Part shown: positions 31,140 through 41,332 of the stretch, in pieces
Layout: each line of letters opens with the position of its first letter
How positions within the stretch are numbered: the first letter of the stretch is position 1
Source of the DNA: a bacterium
GTDB taxonomy: Bacteria; SAR324; NAC60-12
Direction: 5' to 3'
Length of the DNA stretch: 64,000 bases
NCBI GenBank assembly: GCA_965209155.1
Contig: OZ242383.1
Location: forward strand, 2,080,001 to 2,144,000
Notes under the pieces: model-generated
Told to the model about the DNA's origin: nothing
Seen by the model: only the letters and a program-made list of their open reading frames with translations
Database searches by the model: none
Position numbers and translations under genes: made by a program

Positions 31140-32195
31140 ATGCAACAAACAGATGACTTGAATGTCTCAGGAACCATTCCTTTGATCACTCCATGGGAAC
31201 TTAAAAATATAATACCCATGAGTGAGACGGCAAATCGAACCGTCGTCAATGCGAGGGAGGTGGTGCAAAATATACTGGACGGATGCGACCAACGCGTCCT
31301 GTTCCTGGTGGGGCCATGTTCTATTCATGATCCGAAAATCGCATATGAATATGCGGATCTACTCAAAAACCTGGCAGAGCGAGTGGCTGATAGATTGTAT
31401 CTCATCATGCGCGTTTATTTTGAGAAACCACGCACCACGGTCGGTTGGAAGGGTCTGATCAATGATCCGGATTTAAATGGTTCTTATGATATAGGCAAAG
31501 GCTTGACCATGGCTCGAAAGATTCTCAATGGCATCAATGAAAAAGGGCTACCGGTGGGCAGTGAGATGCTCGACACGATCACGCCGCAATATATCGCCGA
31601 CCTGGTCTCATGGGTAGCCATTGGGGCTCGCACCACCGAATCTCAGATCCATCGAGAAATGGCGAGCGGACTCTCCATGCCCGTGGGTTTTAAAAATGGC
31701 ACAAATGGTAATCTGGACGTGGCCTTGAATGCGATGGAATCTGCGCAGCAACCACATCGTTTTATAGGCATCGATCAAGAGAGCAAAGTTTCCATTATCC
31801 AAACCCGGGGTAACCGATATGGACACATCGTACTTCGTGGAGGTGCGCAAGGTCCCAATTACGACCCCGTATCCGTGCAAAATACGGAAGAGGCGCTCCA
31901 GTCATCGAATTTACGCAAAGCGATTATGATTGATTGCAACCACGCCAATTCCGGAAAGGACCCTTTTAAACAGGAAACGGTCTTGAGAGATATTACTCAA
32001 CAAATTATAGACAAGAATCGTTCGATCATGGGGGTGATGATCGAAAGCAACCTGAAAGCGGGAAATCAAAGTTTCCAACCCAGTGTTCCACTCGAATATG
32101 GAGTGTCGATTACCGATAAATGCCTGGATTGGAATAATACGGAACGTATCATTCTGGACATGTACCATCAATTGAGGAGTGTGTATGCGAGTTGA
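31140..32195 (+). CDS. aroG: DAHP synthase class I-alpha (AroG/F/H family)
   Basis: GPCSIHD, RVYFEKPRTTVGWKG, IGARTTESQIHRE and YGVSITDKC. Confidence 0.93.
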   Translation: MQQTDDLNVSGTIPLITPWELKNIIPMSETANRTVVNAREVVQNILDGCDQRVLFLVGPCSIHDPKIAYEYADLLKNLAERVADRLYLIMRVYFEKPRTTVGWKGLINDPDLNGSYDIGKGLTMARKILNGINEKGLPVGSEMLDTITPQYIADLVSWVAIGARTTESQIHREMASGLSMPVGFKNGTNGNLDVALNAMESAQQPHRFIGIDQESKVSIIQTRGNRYGHIVLRGGAQGPNYDPVSVQNTEEALQSSNLRKAIMIDCNHANSGKDPFKQETVLRDITQQIIDKNRSIMGVMIESNLKAGNQSFQPSVPLEYGVSITDKCLDWNNTERIILDMYHQLRSVYAS

Positions 32196-32952
32196 AGAAG
32201 CAGCCAATATCATCTGGGATTCAATGCAGGAAGGCGTCCACTATCCGGGAGCCCTGCAGGGACAACTGAAGTTAGAAAATGCCAATGAAGTGCAATTCAA
32301 AGTATTGGAACATTGGATTGCTGCAGGAGAAAAGCATGCAGGTTGGAAAATAGGCATCACCAGTGACCTTCTCCGTGAAACTTACAACCTGGATAGGCCA
32401 CTCTTTGGCTATCTTTTGGAAAGTCGCAGATTTTCAAGTGGAGTGGCTTTTCAGCACGACGACATTTCCAATCCAGCCATCGAGGCCGAACTCTACTTTA
32501 CGATGAGAGAGCGCCTCGAGGGTCCTGGGGCGACCAAAGAACAAGCACGGGATGCCGTCGCCCTGGTGGCGCCGGCATTCGAACTCGTTTCGCTTCGCGG
32601 AAACATGGCTGCGGATATACCATTGGCGGTGGCAGACAACATAAACCAATGGGGTTATGTCATAGGAGAAGCAATCTGCCCGTACCCCAAAGAGCTGGAT
32701 TTGGGAGAAGTTGTGGCAGACGTCAAAACCAACGACTCGGATTTTTTTAAAGGTCGGGGTAGCGAGGTAATCGACAACCAACTCGAGTCGCTTGCCTGGC
32801 TTGCCAATCAACTTGTAAAATATGGCAGGGCTTTGGAAGCGGGTGACTGTATCATGTCGGGATCTTTCATCAAACCCACTCCCATTGCGAAAAACGATTG
32901 CTGGCAAACTCATTTCTCATCCATCGGCACGGTATCGGCCCGATTCAACTAG
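32185..32952 (+). CDS. 2-keto-4-pentenoate hydratase-like FAH-family protein
   Basis: GWKIGITS, IEAEL, VADN, LAWLAN and IMSGSF. Confidence 0.85.
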   Translation: MRVEEAANIIWDSMQEGVHYPGALQGQLKLENANEVQFKVLEHWIAAGEKHAGWKIGITSDLLRETYNLDRPLFGYLLESRRFSSGVAFQHDDISNPAIEAELYFTMRERLEGPGATKEQARDAVALVAPAFELVSLRGNMAADIPLAVADNINQWGYVIGEAICPYPKELDLGEVVADVKTNDSDFFKGRGSEVIDNQLESLAWLANQLVKYGRALEAGDCIMSGSFIKPTPIAKNDCWQTHFSSIGTVSARFN

Positions 32953-33008
32953 TACCGCAGGGCCAGGATGCGTCCATCTTTTTCTCCTTCCGGCTCTTCG
33001 CAGCGTTT

Positions 33009-33102
33009 GCCATTCCGGGCGATGAACCGGAATCCAGGGGCTCTTTCGATACTCTGGATTCCCGCTCACCGGTTGCGCCGGGACAAGTTTCGCGGGAATG
33101 AC
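33009..33102. repeat. REP/RPE-like palindromic element
   Basis: Minus strand reads gtcattcccgcgaaacttgtccc...gcgggaatccag...ctggattccg...cggaatggc; shares motifs with 24788-24923 and 43831-43860. Confidence 0.75.
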
Positions 33103-33297
33103 AGAGAGGGTGTGTCGTGAAAGTAGAGATATCGAAGGCAACCGGATAGGTCAAGATCAAATATTGATTCCGGAAATGGTGGGGTTAAACGCTGGATCTC
33201 ACGTCATCCATATGATATATGATTCAACACAATCACAGTTCAGGGGACAAAATGCCAAGTTATCAACCAATCAAAACTCTTGACGTCGGATCAAAAT

Positions 33298-34959
33298 ATG
33301 CAAACAATGACGGGCCGTTCCGCCTTCCTGGCACTGTTGAAAGATGAAGGCATTCGCTACTTGTTCGGCAATCCCGGAACCACCGAGTTGCCCATCATGG
33401 CAGCTTTGTCCGAACATAAGGAATTGACCTACGTACTGGGTTTGCAGGAAGCGGTGGTGGTTGCCATGGCCGACGGTTATTCACGGGCGTCGGGAAACCT
33501 GTCCGCCTGTAACGTCCATGTCGCGCCGGGTCTCGGCAATGGTATGGGTTCCCTCTTCAACGCCAAATGGTACGGCTCTCCCATATTGATTACAGCAGGC
33601 CAGCAAGAACAGGGTCATGGGCTCACCGAACCCATGTTGTACGACCCGCTGATCCCGATTGCGTCTCCCATGGTGAAGTGGGCAGTTGAAGTCAATCGAC
33701 TCCAGGACATGCCACGCATTTTGAGACGGGCAGCAAAAATTGCGATGACGCCACCGACGGGTCCGGTGTTTCTCTCATTACCAGGGGACATCCTCAACGA
33801 TCAAATGCCTCTCGAACTTGGACAAGCCTCGCGAGTGGATTCGGTCACCCGACCCGCTGACAGGGCGATGGAAAGATTGGCCGATCGCATCCTGGCTGCG
33901 GAACACCCGGTCCTACTGGCGGGACACGAACTCAGTTCGAGGGATGCCTTGGATGAAGCGGCCCGGCTGGCGGAAGTGTTGGGAGCGCCGGTTTACCAGC
34001 AAACCGTTCCTCACGCCGCTCATTTTTTTTCAGAACATATCGCATTCATGGGGGCTTTGAGCCGAAACCAACAAGAGGTGCGCACCATCCTGGGAGCGCA
34101 TGACCTGCTCATTTGTCTCGGTGCCGATGTCTTGCGCATGTCGGTCTGGAGTCGTTTGGAACCCTTGCCGGATGCGATGTCTGTCGTTCAAATAGGGGAA
34201 CGGGATTGGGAGTTGGCTAAAAATTATCCCGCGGAAATCGCCATTCATGCAGATGTTAAGGAAACTCTACAGGCCCTGGTGCCGGTGCTTCATGCGCGAT
34301 GCAGCGAAGAAAAGAGAGTTGCCTGTACGCATCGTTTGAATGGTCTGAAAACACGAAATTGGAGCGCCATGCGTGACAAATTACGTGAGGAAACCCAAAA
34401 GGCGGCTTCCCGCACGCCCATAGATCCCAAGGTCTTGATGATGCACCTTGCGGAGAGTATGCCGAAAAACGCGGTGATCGTGGACGAAGGGCTCACTGCT
34501 TCCAATTCGTTGCTCGGCTTTCTGCCGTTTCGAGATGCGTGTTGTTACTATGGATTGGCCAGTGGCGGAATAGGGTTTGCAGTCGCCGGTGCGATCGGAA
34601 TCCATCTGGCCCTGCCGGAACGGCCTTTGCTGGCATTGATCGGCGACGGCAGTTCCCTCTACAACATTCAAGCTCTCTGGACGGCAGCTCAAATGAAATT
34701 ACCGATCACTTATGTCATCGCGAACAACCAGAGCTACCGCATATTGAAAGACAGATTGCTCGCCTTCCAGGGAAGTAACCAATTCATTGGCATGGACCTT
34801 CGTGACCCGGAAATCGATTTTGTGGGGCTTGCTCGAGCATTGGGTTTGCAAGCATGCCGTATCACGGAACCCGATGCGATTGCCCCGACGTTGAAACGGT
34901 CACTCGAACATAACAGTGGCCCCCAACTTATTGATGTCTTAATCGACGATGGGTTCTGA
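33298..34959 (+). CDS. ThDP-dependent enzyme, benzoylformate decarboxylase-like
   Basis: FGNPGTTELP, QEAVVVAMADGY and GDGS...NN ThDP motif. Confidence 0.88.
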   Translation: MQTMTGRSAFLALLKDEGIRYLFGNPGTTELPIMAALSEHKELTYVLGLQEAVVVAMADGYSRASGNLSACNVHVAPGLGNGMGSLFNAKWYGSPILITAGQQEQGHGLTEPMLYDPLIPIASPMVKWAVEVNRLQDMPRILRRAAKIAMTPPTGPVFLSLPGDILNDQMPLELGQASRVDSVTRPADRAMERLADRILAAEHPVLLAGHELSSRDALDEAARLAEVLGAPVYQQTVPHAAHFFSEHIAFMGALSRNQQEVRTILGAHDLLICLGADVLRMSVWSRLEPLPDAMSVVQIGERDWELAKNYPAEIAIHADVKETLQALVPVLHARCSEEKRVACTHRLNGLKTRNWSAMRDKLREETQKAASRTPIDPKVLMMHLAESMPKNAVIVDEGLTASNSLLGFLPFRDACCYYGLASGGIGFAVAGAIGIHLALPERPLLALIGDGSSLYNIQALWTAAQMKLPITYVIANNQSYRILKDRLLAFQGSNQFIGMDLRDPEIDFVGLARALGLQACRITEPDAIAPTLKRSLEHNSGPQLIDVLIDDGF

Positions 34960-35132
34960 AAATTCCAGGAAATAATATAAAGGGATCGTAGCTCGTTGCC
35001 CTTCAAAGTTGTCTCTTTGTGAACGAATGTGAGGAATCGCAAGAGAGCTTTCAGCGCAGACGAGATGATGCCGGTTGCGCCCCTGGTGAGCAAGTACAAA
35101 CAGACTGTGTTGTCTTAAAATCGTTTCCATCC

Positions 35133-36410
35133 ATGCCATCCACCGGAAATAATTCTGAACCATCACTCGCAGATTCGTTGAGTCTGGGACGGGCCATGGT
35201 GATTGTATTCCTGCCTTTCGCCATTGGCTATTTTTTTTCCTATTTCTTTCGGGTCGTCAATGCGGTTGTTGCTCCGGACTTGATTGCGGATATCGGTTTG
35301 AATGCCACCCAGTTGGGTTTATTGTCTGCAGTCTATTTTTTCACTTTTGCCGTGTTTCAAATTCCACTGGGAGTGCTACTCGACCGTTTTGGTCCACGGA
35401 GTGTGCAGGGAACGCTATATTTAGTGGCAGGAACAGGAGTTTTTCTATTTTCAATCGCTGAAAGCGTGATCACTCTCATGTTAAGCCGTGGAATGATCGG
35501 TTTGGGGGTTTCCGGAGGATTGATGGCGACTTTGAAAGCCATCGTGCAGTGGTTTCCCAAGAGACGCTACGCCTTGGTCAATGGTTTCGTAATAGTGGCA
35601 GGCGCTATTGGAACGCTCGCGGCGACGGCACCGCTTGAATTCACTTTGCGATATATGGATTGGCGGATACTCTTTGTGATGCTTTCCGTCGCAACCCTGG
35701 GCGCGGGTATCTTGATTCTCTACTTCGTCCCCGATAAGCCCAAACCCGCAGCCGTTGCGAATTTCGGAGCGCAATTGTCGGAAGTGGGAAAAATTTATAA
35801 AAGTTCCTTTTTCTGGAGCCTGGTCCCTTTGATGTTTACCTGTGGGTCGGCAAACATGGCAATCCAGGGATTGTGGGCTGCATCCTGGCTTTCCGACGTA
35901 GCCGATCTGGAGCGCGCCGTGGTGGCCAATCATTTGCTGGTCATGGCAGTAGCGATGCTGCTTGGCGCCTTGCTGCAAGGCGTTATCGCTTCCGCCCTGC
36001 AAGGTATCGGCCTCAGCCTGATCAACATTTGCGTGCTGGCATGTGTCGCGAATATCCTGGTTTTACTGTCAATCTCATTCCGTGTTTTGGATGCCCACTA
36101 TCTTTTGTGGGCAGCCCATGGTTTTTTTGGGGTGCAAACAATCCTTGTCTTTGCCACGCTGGCGCATCATTTCCCGGAAACTCTCATTGGACGCGTAAAT
36201 ACTGCGGCAAACGTACTTGTTTTCGGTATGGCCTTCGTCTACCAGTTCGGCATTGGGGCCATCATCGCACTCTGGTCTGCTGACGCGGATGGCGTCTACC
36301 CGGAGCGTGCCTATTTCACTGCATTTCTCGTTGTCGTTGCAACGCAGGCCCTGGCGCTGGTCTGGAATTTACTCTCCGTACGGAAAAGCGAACCTCATCG
36401 AATTGCCTGA
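35133..36410 (+). CDS. MFS transporter
   Basis: GVLLDRFGPR motif A; about 12 hydrophobic segments; start uncertain. Confidence 0.88.
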   Translation: MPSTGNNSEPSLADSLSLGRAMVIVFLPFAIGYFFSYFFRVVNAVVAPDLIADIGLNATQLGLLSAVYFFTFAVFQIPLGVLLDRFGPRSVQGTLYLVAGTGVFLFSIAESVITLMLSRGMIGLGVSGGLMATLKAIVQWFPKRRYALVNGFVIVAGAIGTLAATAPLEFTLRYMDWRILFVMLSVATLGAGILILYFVPDKPKPAAVANFGAQLSEVGKIYKSSFFWSLVPLMFTCGSANMAIQGLWAASWLSDVADLERAVVANHLLVMAVAMLLGALLQGVIASALQGIGLSLINICVLACVANILVLLSISFRVLDAHYLLWAAHGFFGVQTILVFATLAHHFPETLIGRVNTAANVLVFGMAFVYQFGIGAIIALWSADADGVYPERAYFTAFLVVVATQALALVWNLLSVRKSEPHRIA

Positions 36411-36431
36411 ACAATGCGCGTTTTCGTCATG

Positions 36432-37478
36432 CTAATTATAAGCATCCACGCTTTCGCTCACCACAGTGGGCCTCGCCATCGAGGCGATCATCTTATCCAT
36501 ACCGATTGAACCCACAGACTCGGCCTTATCGGTGACAATAGCCGTGCGAGCACCGTTTTCGAGGAGCACCTGCAGGGCATCCTCAATCGTGGTACTCTGC
36601 TCGATCCTGGGTCCGCTACCCGGATTTTTATTATCCATGATCGAGGCAATTTGCAAAACACGTCCCCGGTTTATATCCTTGATGAAATCAGCCACGTAAC
36701 CGTTAGCCGGATTCAAAATGATGTCTTGGGAGGACCCCTGCTGGACAACCTCGCCGTCACGAAGAATAGCAATATTGTCTCCAATTCGGAGGGCCTCATC
36801 CAAATCGTGCGTAATAAAAATTATCGTTTTGCGCAGTTCTGCCTGCAACTCCAAAAGTATATCTTGCATTTCAGTACGGATGAGCGGGTCCAAGGCTGAA
36901 AATGGCTCATCCATCAGCAAGATTTCCGCATCAGTTGCCAAAGAACGTGCCAAACCTACCCGTTGCTGCATGCCACCCGAAAGTTGAGCAGGATACTGGC
37001 TTTCGCAACCGGTCAACCCGACTTGTTCGATCCACTTTCTGCAACACTCTTCGGCCTCCTGTTTGGGGATCTCCTGGATCATCAGCCCGTAGGCGACGTT
37101 TTCCTTGACGGTGCGATGTGGTAACAGCGCGAATTTCTGAAAGACCATTGAGGCTTGGAACCTCCGAAAATCGCGCAATTCCGTTTTGTTCATTTCCAGA
37201 ACATTGCGATTGTCGATAATGATCTCCCCGACCGTGGGTTCGATCAACCTGTTGATATGCCTCAGTAAGGTCGATTTACCGGACCCGGACAGGCCCATGA
37301 TGACCTGGATCTTGCTTGCCTGAATTTCGATATTGACGTCTCGCAGTCCCAGGATATGGTTATGCTTGTCCATCAGGTCCCGTTTGGGAATCCCTTCTTT
37401 GACATAGTTCACCATCTTCGTTGGATATGACCCGAAGATCTTGTATAAATTCTTGATGCTTACTTTGATCTCAGACAC
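36432..37478 (-). CDS. Glycine betaine/proline-type ABC transporter ATPase (ProV-like)
   Basis: GLSGSGKS, LSGGMQQRV and MDEPFSALDPLIR; GTG start with AGGAGGA RBS. Confidence 0.93.
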   Translation of the reverse strand: MSEIKVSIKNLYKIFGSYPTKMVNYVKEGIPKRDLMDKHNHILGLRDVNIEIQASKIQVIMGLSGSGKSTLLRHINRLIEPTVGEIIIDNRNVLEMNKTELRDFRRFQASMVFQKFALLPHRTVKENVAYGLMIQEIPKQEAEECCRKWIEQVGLTGCESQYPAQLSGGMQQRVGLARSLATDAEILLMDEPFSALDPLIRTEMQDILLELQAELRKTIIFITHDLDEALRIGDNIAILRDGEVVQQGSSQDIILNPANGYVADFIKDINRGRVLQIASIMDNKNPGSGPRIEQSTTIEDALQVLLENGARTAIVTDKAESVGSIGMDKMIASMARPTVVSESVDAYN

Positions 37479-38361
37479 CTTGTCCTCCTTCCCGGTGCTT
37501 TTGCAATCGCTTTCCAAATTTTTGGGAAACGCGATCAAAAATGATTGCCAGTGCTACGATTGCCAAACCATTCATCAGCCCCAACGCCAGGTATTGGTTG
37601 GAAATTGCGCGTAGCACCGGCATGCCCAATCCCCTTACACCGATCATCGAAGCGATTACTACCATCGCCAGGGCCATCATGATGGTCTGGTTGATCCCCG
37701 CGAAAATGTTGGGCAACGCCAGTGGAATTTGAACACTGAAGAGTTTCTCGCGATAACTTGCTCCAAACGCGTCCGCGGCCTCCAGAACTTCCTTGTCCAC
37801 CAGCCGGATACCCAGGTTCGTCAACCTCACCACCGGAGGCATGGCATAGATGCATACTGCCAGTAAACCCGGCACTTTCCCAATACCGAGCAACATAACG
37901 ACAGGAATCAGATAGACAAAACTCGGAATCGTTTGCATGACGTCCAAAACCGGTGTGATAACGGATTGCACGCGGTTTGAACGCGCCATCAGGATTCCCA
38001 GCGGAATACCGATAGCAATACAAAGAAGTGATGCCACGGAGATGATGGCCAAGGTTGCCATCGTGTCTTCCCACATACCGAAATAGCCGATCACGAGAAA
38101 GGAAGCGATGGTGCCTGTTACGACAAGCCAACTGCGAGAACCCAGCATAGCCAGGCTTGCAATCACGAGGATGATTACCGGCCAAGGTGTGTTCACCAGT
38201 AACTTTTCGAACCAAACCAGGAAATGAAGCAATGGTTCAAAAAAAGATTCCAATGCATCACCATAGGCGCGAGAAAAATTACGAAAGCCCAAGTCGATCG
38301 CTTTTTTCAGGTCACGCAATTCCTGGCGATCCATGGTAGGAAATTCGTAGAAAAAATCCAT
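37471..38361 (-). CDS. Glycine betaine/proline-type ABC permease (ProW-like)
   Basis: LDVMQTIPSFVYLIP, EAADAFGA and GINQTIMMAL. Confidence 0.93.
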   Translation of the reverse strand: MDFFYEFPTMDRQELRDLKKAIDLGFRNFSRAYGDALESFFEPLLHFLVWFEKLLVNTPWPVIILVIASLAMLGSRSWLVVTGTIASFLVIGYFGMWEDTMATLAIISVASLLCIAIGIPLGILMARSNRVQSVITPVLDVMQTIPSFVYLIPVVMLLGIGKVPGLLAVCIYAMPPVVRLTNLGIRLVDKEVLEAADAFGASYREKLFSVQIPLALPNIFAGINQTIMMALAMVVIASMIGVRGLGMPVLRAISNQYLALGLMNGLAIVALAIIFDRVSQKFGKRLQKHREGGQGV

Positions 38362-38393
38362 GTTGATGGCTTTTTTATGGTCAGGATTCAACA

Positions 38394-38424
38394 GACTTCC
38401 CGGTGAAAAAATTGACGGGAAGTC
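38394..38424. terminator. Intercistronic stem-loop between the binding protein and permease genes
   Basis: 9-bp stem gacttcccg/cgggaagtc. Confidence 0.5.
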
Positions 38425-38444
38425 CGAAGATCTTTTTTGTCGAA

Positions 38445-38553
38445 GTTACAATGCAGCTTTTACTCGTGCACTGACTTCAACACATACTCTTCAGGAATGT
38501 TGAAAATTCACACAATGTTACAATGCAGCTTTTACTTTGGCACTGACTTCAAC
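38445..38553. repeat. Two 37-bp direct repeats separated by 35 bp; the second overlaps the binding-protein 3' end
   Basis: 38445-38481 and 38517-38553 are 34/37 identical. Confidence 0.9.
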
Positions 38554-39576
38554 CGGGACCCACTCGGTCCATATTGTTTCGTGTAGTTTCAAAAATTCCA
38601 TTGCCGCATCCGCACCATCTGCCTGATTTTCTTGCATGTAGACCAACATGCCATTCAAGATAGCTCCTGGAAAAACACGATTGCTCAAATAGTCCACTGC
38701 CATCTCTTCTTCCGCTATCATTCTATCCGTGACCATGGTGATCACTTCGGATTGGGTCCATGCGGAGGGCTTCGGATCCGCGCAATCTTGTTCGGGCTTG
38801 ACGAGACAGCCATCCCAGTGTTCACTGCCGACGAAGGGTACTCCGAAAGGAACCTTGACCATATTGTACTTGCCTATGATGGCAGTCGGGGACCAGTAAT
38901 AACCGAACCAGTTTTCACCGCGCTCGACGGCCTTGGTCATTGATCCGTCAAGGCCTGCCGCAGAGCCCGGGTCCACCAGCAACCAGCCTTTACTTTCCAT
39001 TTCGAATGCGCGAAAGAGATTGATATTGGTCAGTTGGCAACCCCAACCGGCAGGGCAGCCCACAAATGCCCCCTTCGAGGGGTCTTCCGGGTGTGGGAAT
39101 AAATCCGGACGTTCCAGAATGTCTAAAACGGTTTTCAATTCCGGATGCTTTTCAGCCGTGTGTGGCGGAATCCACCAGCCTTCACCCAGTCCGGTGATCG
39201 GACCGGAATTCACCGCGTGTAAACGGCCTTCGTCGCTGGCTGTTTTCAGCAGTTCCCGCACTGCATTGGCCCAAAGTTCACCGGCAACGTCTGGTTGGCC
39301 CTTTTCGTTCATTGAAGTGAAAGTCGGCACGGTGTCGCCAGGTACCAACTCTATATCACAATCATAACCTTTCTCCAGGATGATCTTGTCGACATTGGCC
39401 ATCAATTCCGCTGACGGCCAATTCATTTCTGCAATCGTGATGGACCCACAAGCTGCGGATGCTGATCCTGAAATCAACAACGAACCAATGAATCCTATTG
39501 ATCCGATCAATGTGAATTTAAATAAACGATACAACCTACAATACGTACTTCTGAATGTTTCTATAAACGAAATCAT
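38518..39576 (-). CDS. Quaternary amine ABC substrate-binding protein (ProX/OpuAC family)
   Basis: Signal region, IAEMNWPSA, GCPAGWGC and GYYWSPT; adjacent to ProW/ProV-like genes. Confidence 0.9.
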   Translation of the reverse strand: MISFIETFRSTYCRLYRLFKFTLIGSIGFIGSLLISGSASAACGSITIAEMNWPSAELMANVDKIILEKGYDCDIELVPGDTVPTFTSMNEKGQPDVAGELWANAVRELLKTASDEGRLHAVNSGPITGLGEGWWIPPHTAEKHPELKTVLDILERPDLFPHPEDPSKGAFVGCPAGWGCQLTNINLFRAFEMESKGWLLVDPGSAAGLDGSMTKAVERGENWFGYYWSPTAIIGKYNMVKVPFGVPFVGSEHWDGCLVKPEQDCADPKPSAWTQSEVITMVTDRMIAEEEMAVDYLSNRVFPGAILNGMLVYMQENQADGADAAMEFLKLHETIWTEWVPVEVSAKVKAAL

Positions 39577-39784
39577 GGTGTCTCCATATATTAAATTAGT
39601 CGGAACAACGATCCTGAACCTGGTGCTGTTCCGGACGAAGAAAAATCAAGGAAGAGGATTTTTCCATTTCCATAATTTTTCGGTTGATGGCAACAACCCA
39701 TACGCATAAGGAATAACGATGAGTTTGCCCACTTCTGTAAACCTTATCAAATCTATTTCCAAAATGCAAATAACGAACTGACTA

Positions 39785-41267
39785 GGGTGTAATTAAAAGT
39801 GAGGGGCATTTCAATTAAGCCCTTTGAAGTTGTTGCCAATAACAATCCCATTTTCCATTGGCTCTTACCACCCTGAGTTGAATCATCTGATCGGCATGTT
39901 GTTTTTTCCACCAAGCGCCAGGGAGTTTGAGCCTTTTTTGGATGAGGGAACGATGGGCGCTTTCAATTTTTCCAGAGCCGATAGGGAGTTGTTGATCAAT
40001 AGCTGTTTTGTATTCAAACTGTCCGGGACGATTTTTCATGTAACGTACCAAAGCGCGAATGGGGGCCTTTTCATTGGGAATAGATTCGGATTCTTGCCTG
40101 GATATAAATTGCTCTAACACGCTGTCAGCTCCTCCTTTTTTCAAGATTTGCTTCTGCTTTTTCAGGAACGGTGAGCCGTCTTCAAAAGCGGCTTGGCAGG
40201 CTGCACCAAGATAATCACAGAGATGATAAAAATCGATGAGATAGTTCGCCTGAGCGCCAAAATGAGTTTCGATTTTTTCACAGATCCAAGGGGCTCCATC
40301 CCCTAAAGCATGAATCTTCGTCTGCTTTCCCAGTCCCGCTTTAAGCGCGACCTCTTTCATTTGAAAACCCGCTTCATCTCTGCCGTTCAAGGTTCCAGCA
40401 TAAATGGAGTCGACACTTCCTCGAGCATAGGCTAAGGAGGTAATCCCTTCTTTCCAACTCACTTGACGCGTTTTTCTGCGATCCCCCGTAAAAGTAGAGT
40501 CTGCCGTCTCTACCAGAGGCACCATGGTGCCATCACTTTGCACTATCACCACCCCCGCCCCACTGGCCTCCCTGCTGGACTGCTGCTCTTCTTTCAGGGA
40601 GAAACATCTCTGACTGTGATGGAGGGTTCGCGCTCGAATACTGCTGGAAGGAATGTCAATGCCATAATGCTCCTTGAGTTTCTGGCTCGCTGCTGCAAAG
40701 GAGACATCGGCCCCAAAATCCACCATCGCTCGCTGCAGAGGCTCTGAATAACCTTGGCACTGAACCCCAATCGAGGCACTCAAGGGTCTCTGTCTTTTTC
40801 CTCGCCGTCCTTCCCTGAAAACAAGTTCTTCGATTCCAATGGGACCAAAGGTGCTGTGCCAATATATTTTTTTTTACCATCTCGGATCAGATCCGCTTTT
40901 TGAGAAGACTCTGCTTCTTTTATATCGGACTGATGGCCCAACCAGCCTTGAAGCACTTCCTGACCTAATTTACGCACTTCTTCAATCGTCCGCCTCTCAG
41001 CCTCATCGGCTGTTTGGCAACTCCCATCGTCATTTTCGATAATCCCCAGAATGGATTCCATCCGATGGCGCAGGTGAGGATATTTCGACAGCCGTTCTGC
41101 TAATGAAAAAGATGACTCGTCACCTTCCCTTAGTTCTGAGTAACCTAAGCATTTTGACATTTTCAACTCCTGTTTGAAGGTCAATCATTCGAATACACTC
41201 CTACTTTCAAAATACTTAAAGCACATGTCCAGCTATTTCTCTCTGCCCCACACTTTTAATTACACCC
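39785..41267 (-). mobile_element. Intact ISKra4-family-like insertion sequence (1483 bp)
   Basis: 24-bp TIRs gggtgtaattaaaagtg(a/t)ggggca; 9-bp TSD aactgacta at 39776-39784 and 41268-41276. Confidence 0.93.
39815..41184 (-). CDS. DDE transposase (ISKra4/UPF0236-like), two ORFs joined by a -1 frameshift
   Basis: orfA ...DGKKK over an A9 run (40867-40875); the -1 frame continues IYWHSTFG into orfB with DGTMVP, GDGAPWI, DFYH and IGSGKIES. Confidence 0.88.
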
Positions 41268-41332
41268 AACTGACTAACTGAAATTGAATTTTTAAAACCG
41301 GTTCGAGAAGCGTAATGATGACACGTATGATC

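Noticed and set aside
38445..38553. Calling this a bona fide CRISPR array
   Set aside because: Only two repeats, one is protein-coding, and there is no leader or cas gene in the window; kept as a repeat and a hypothesis.
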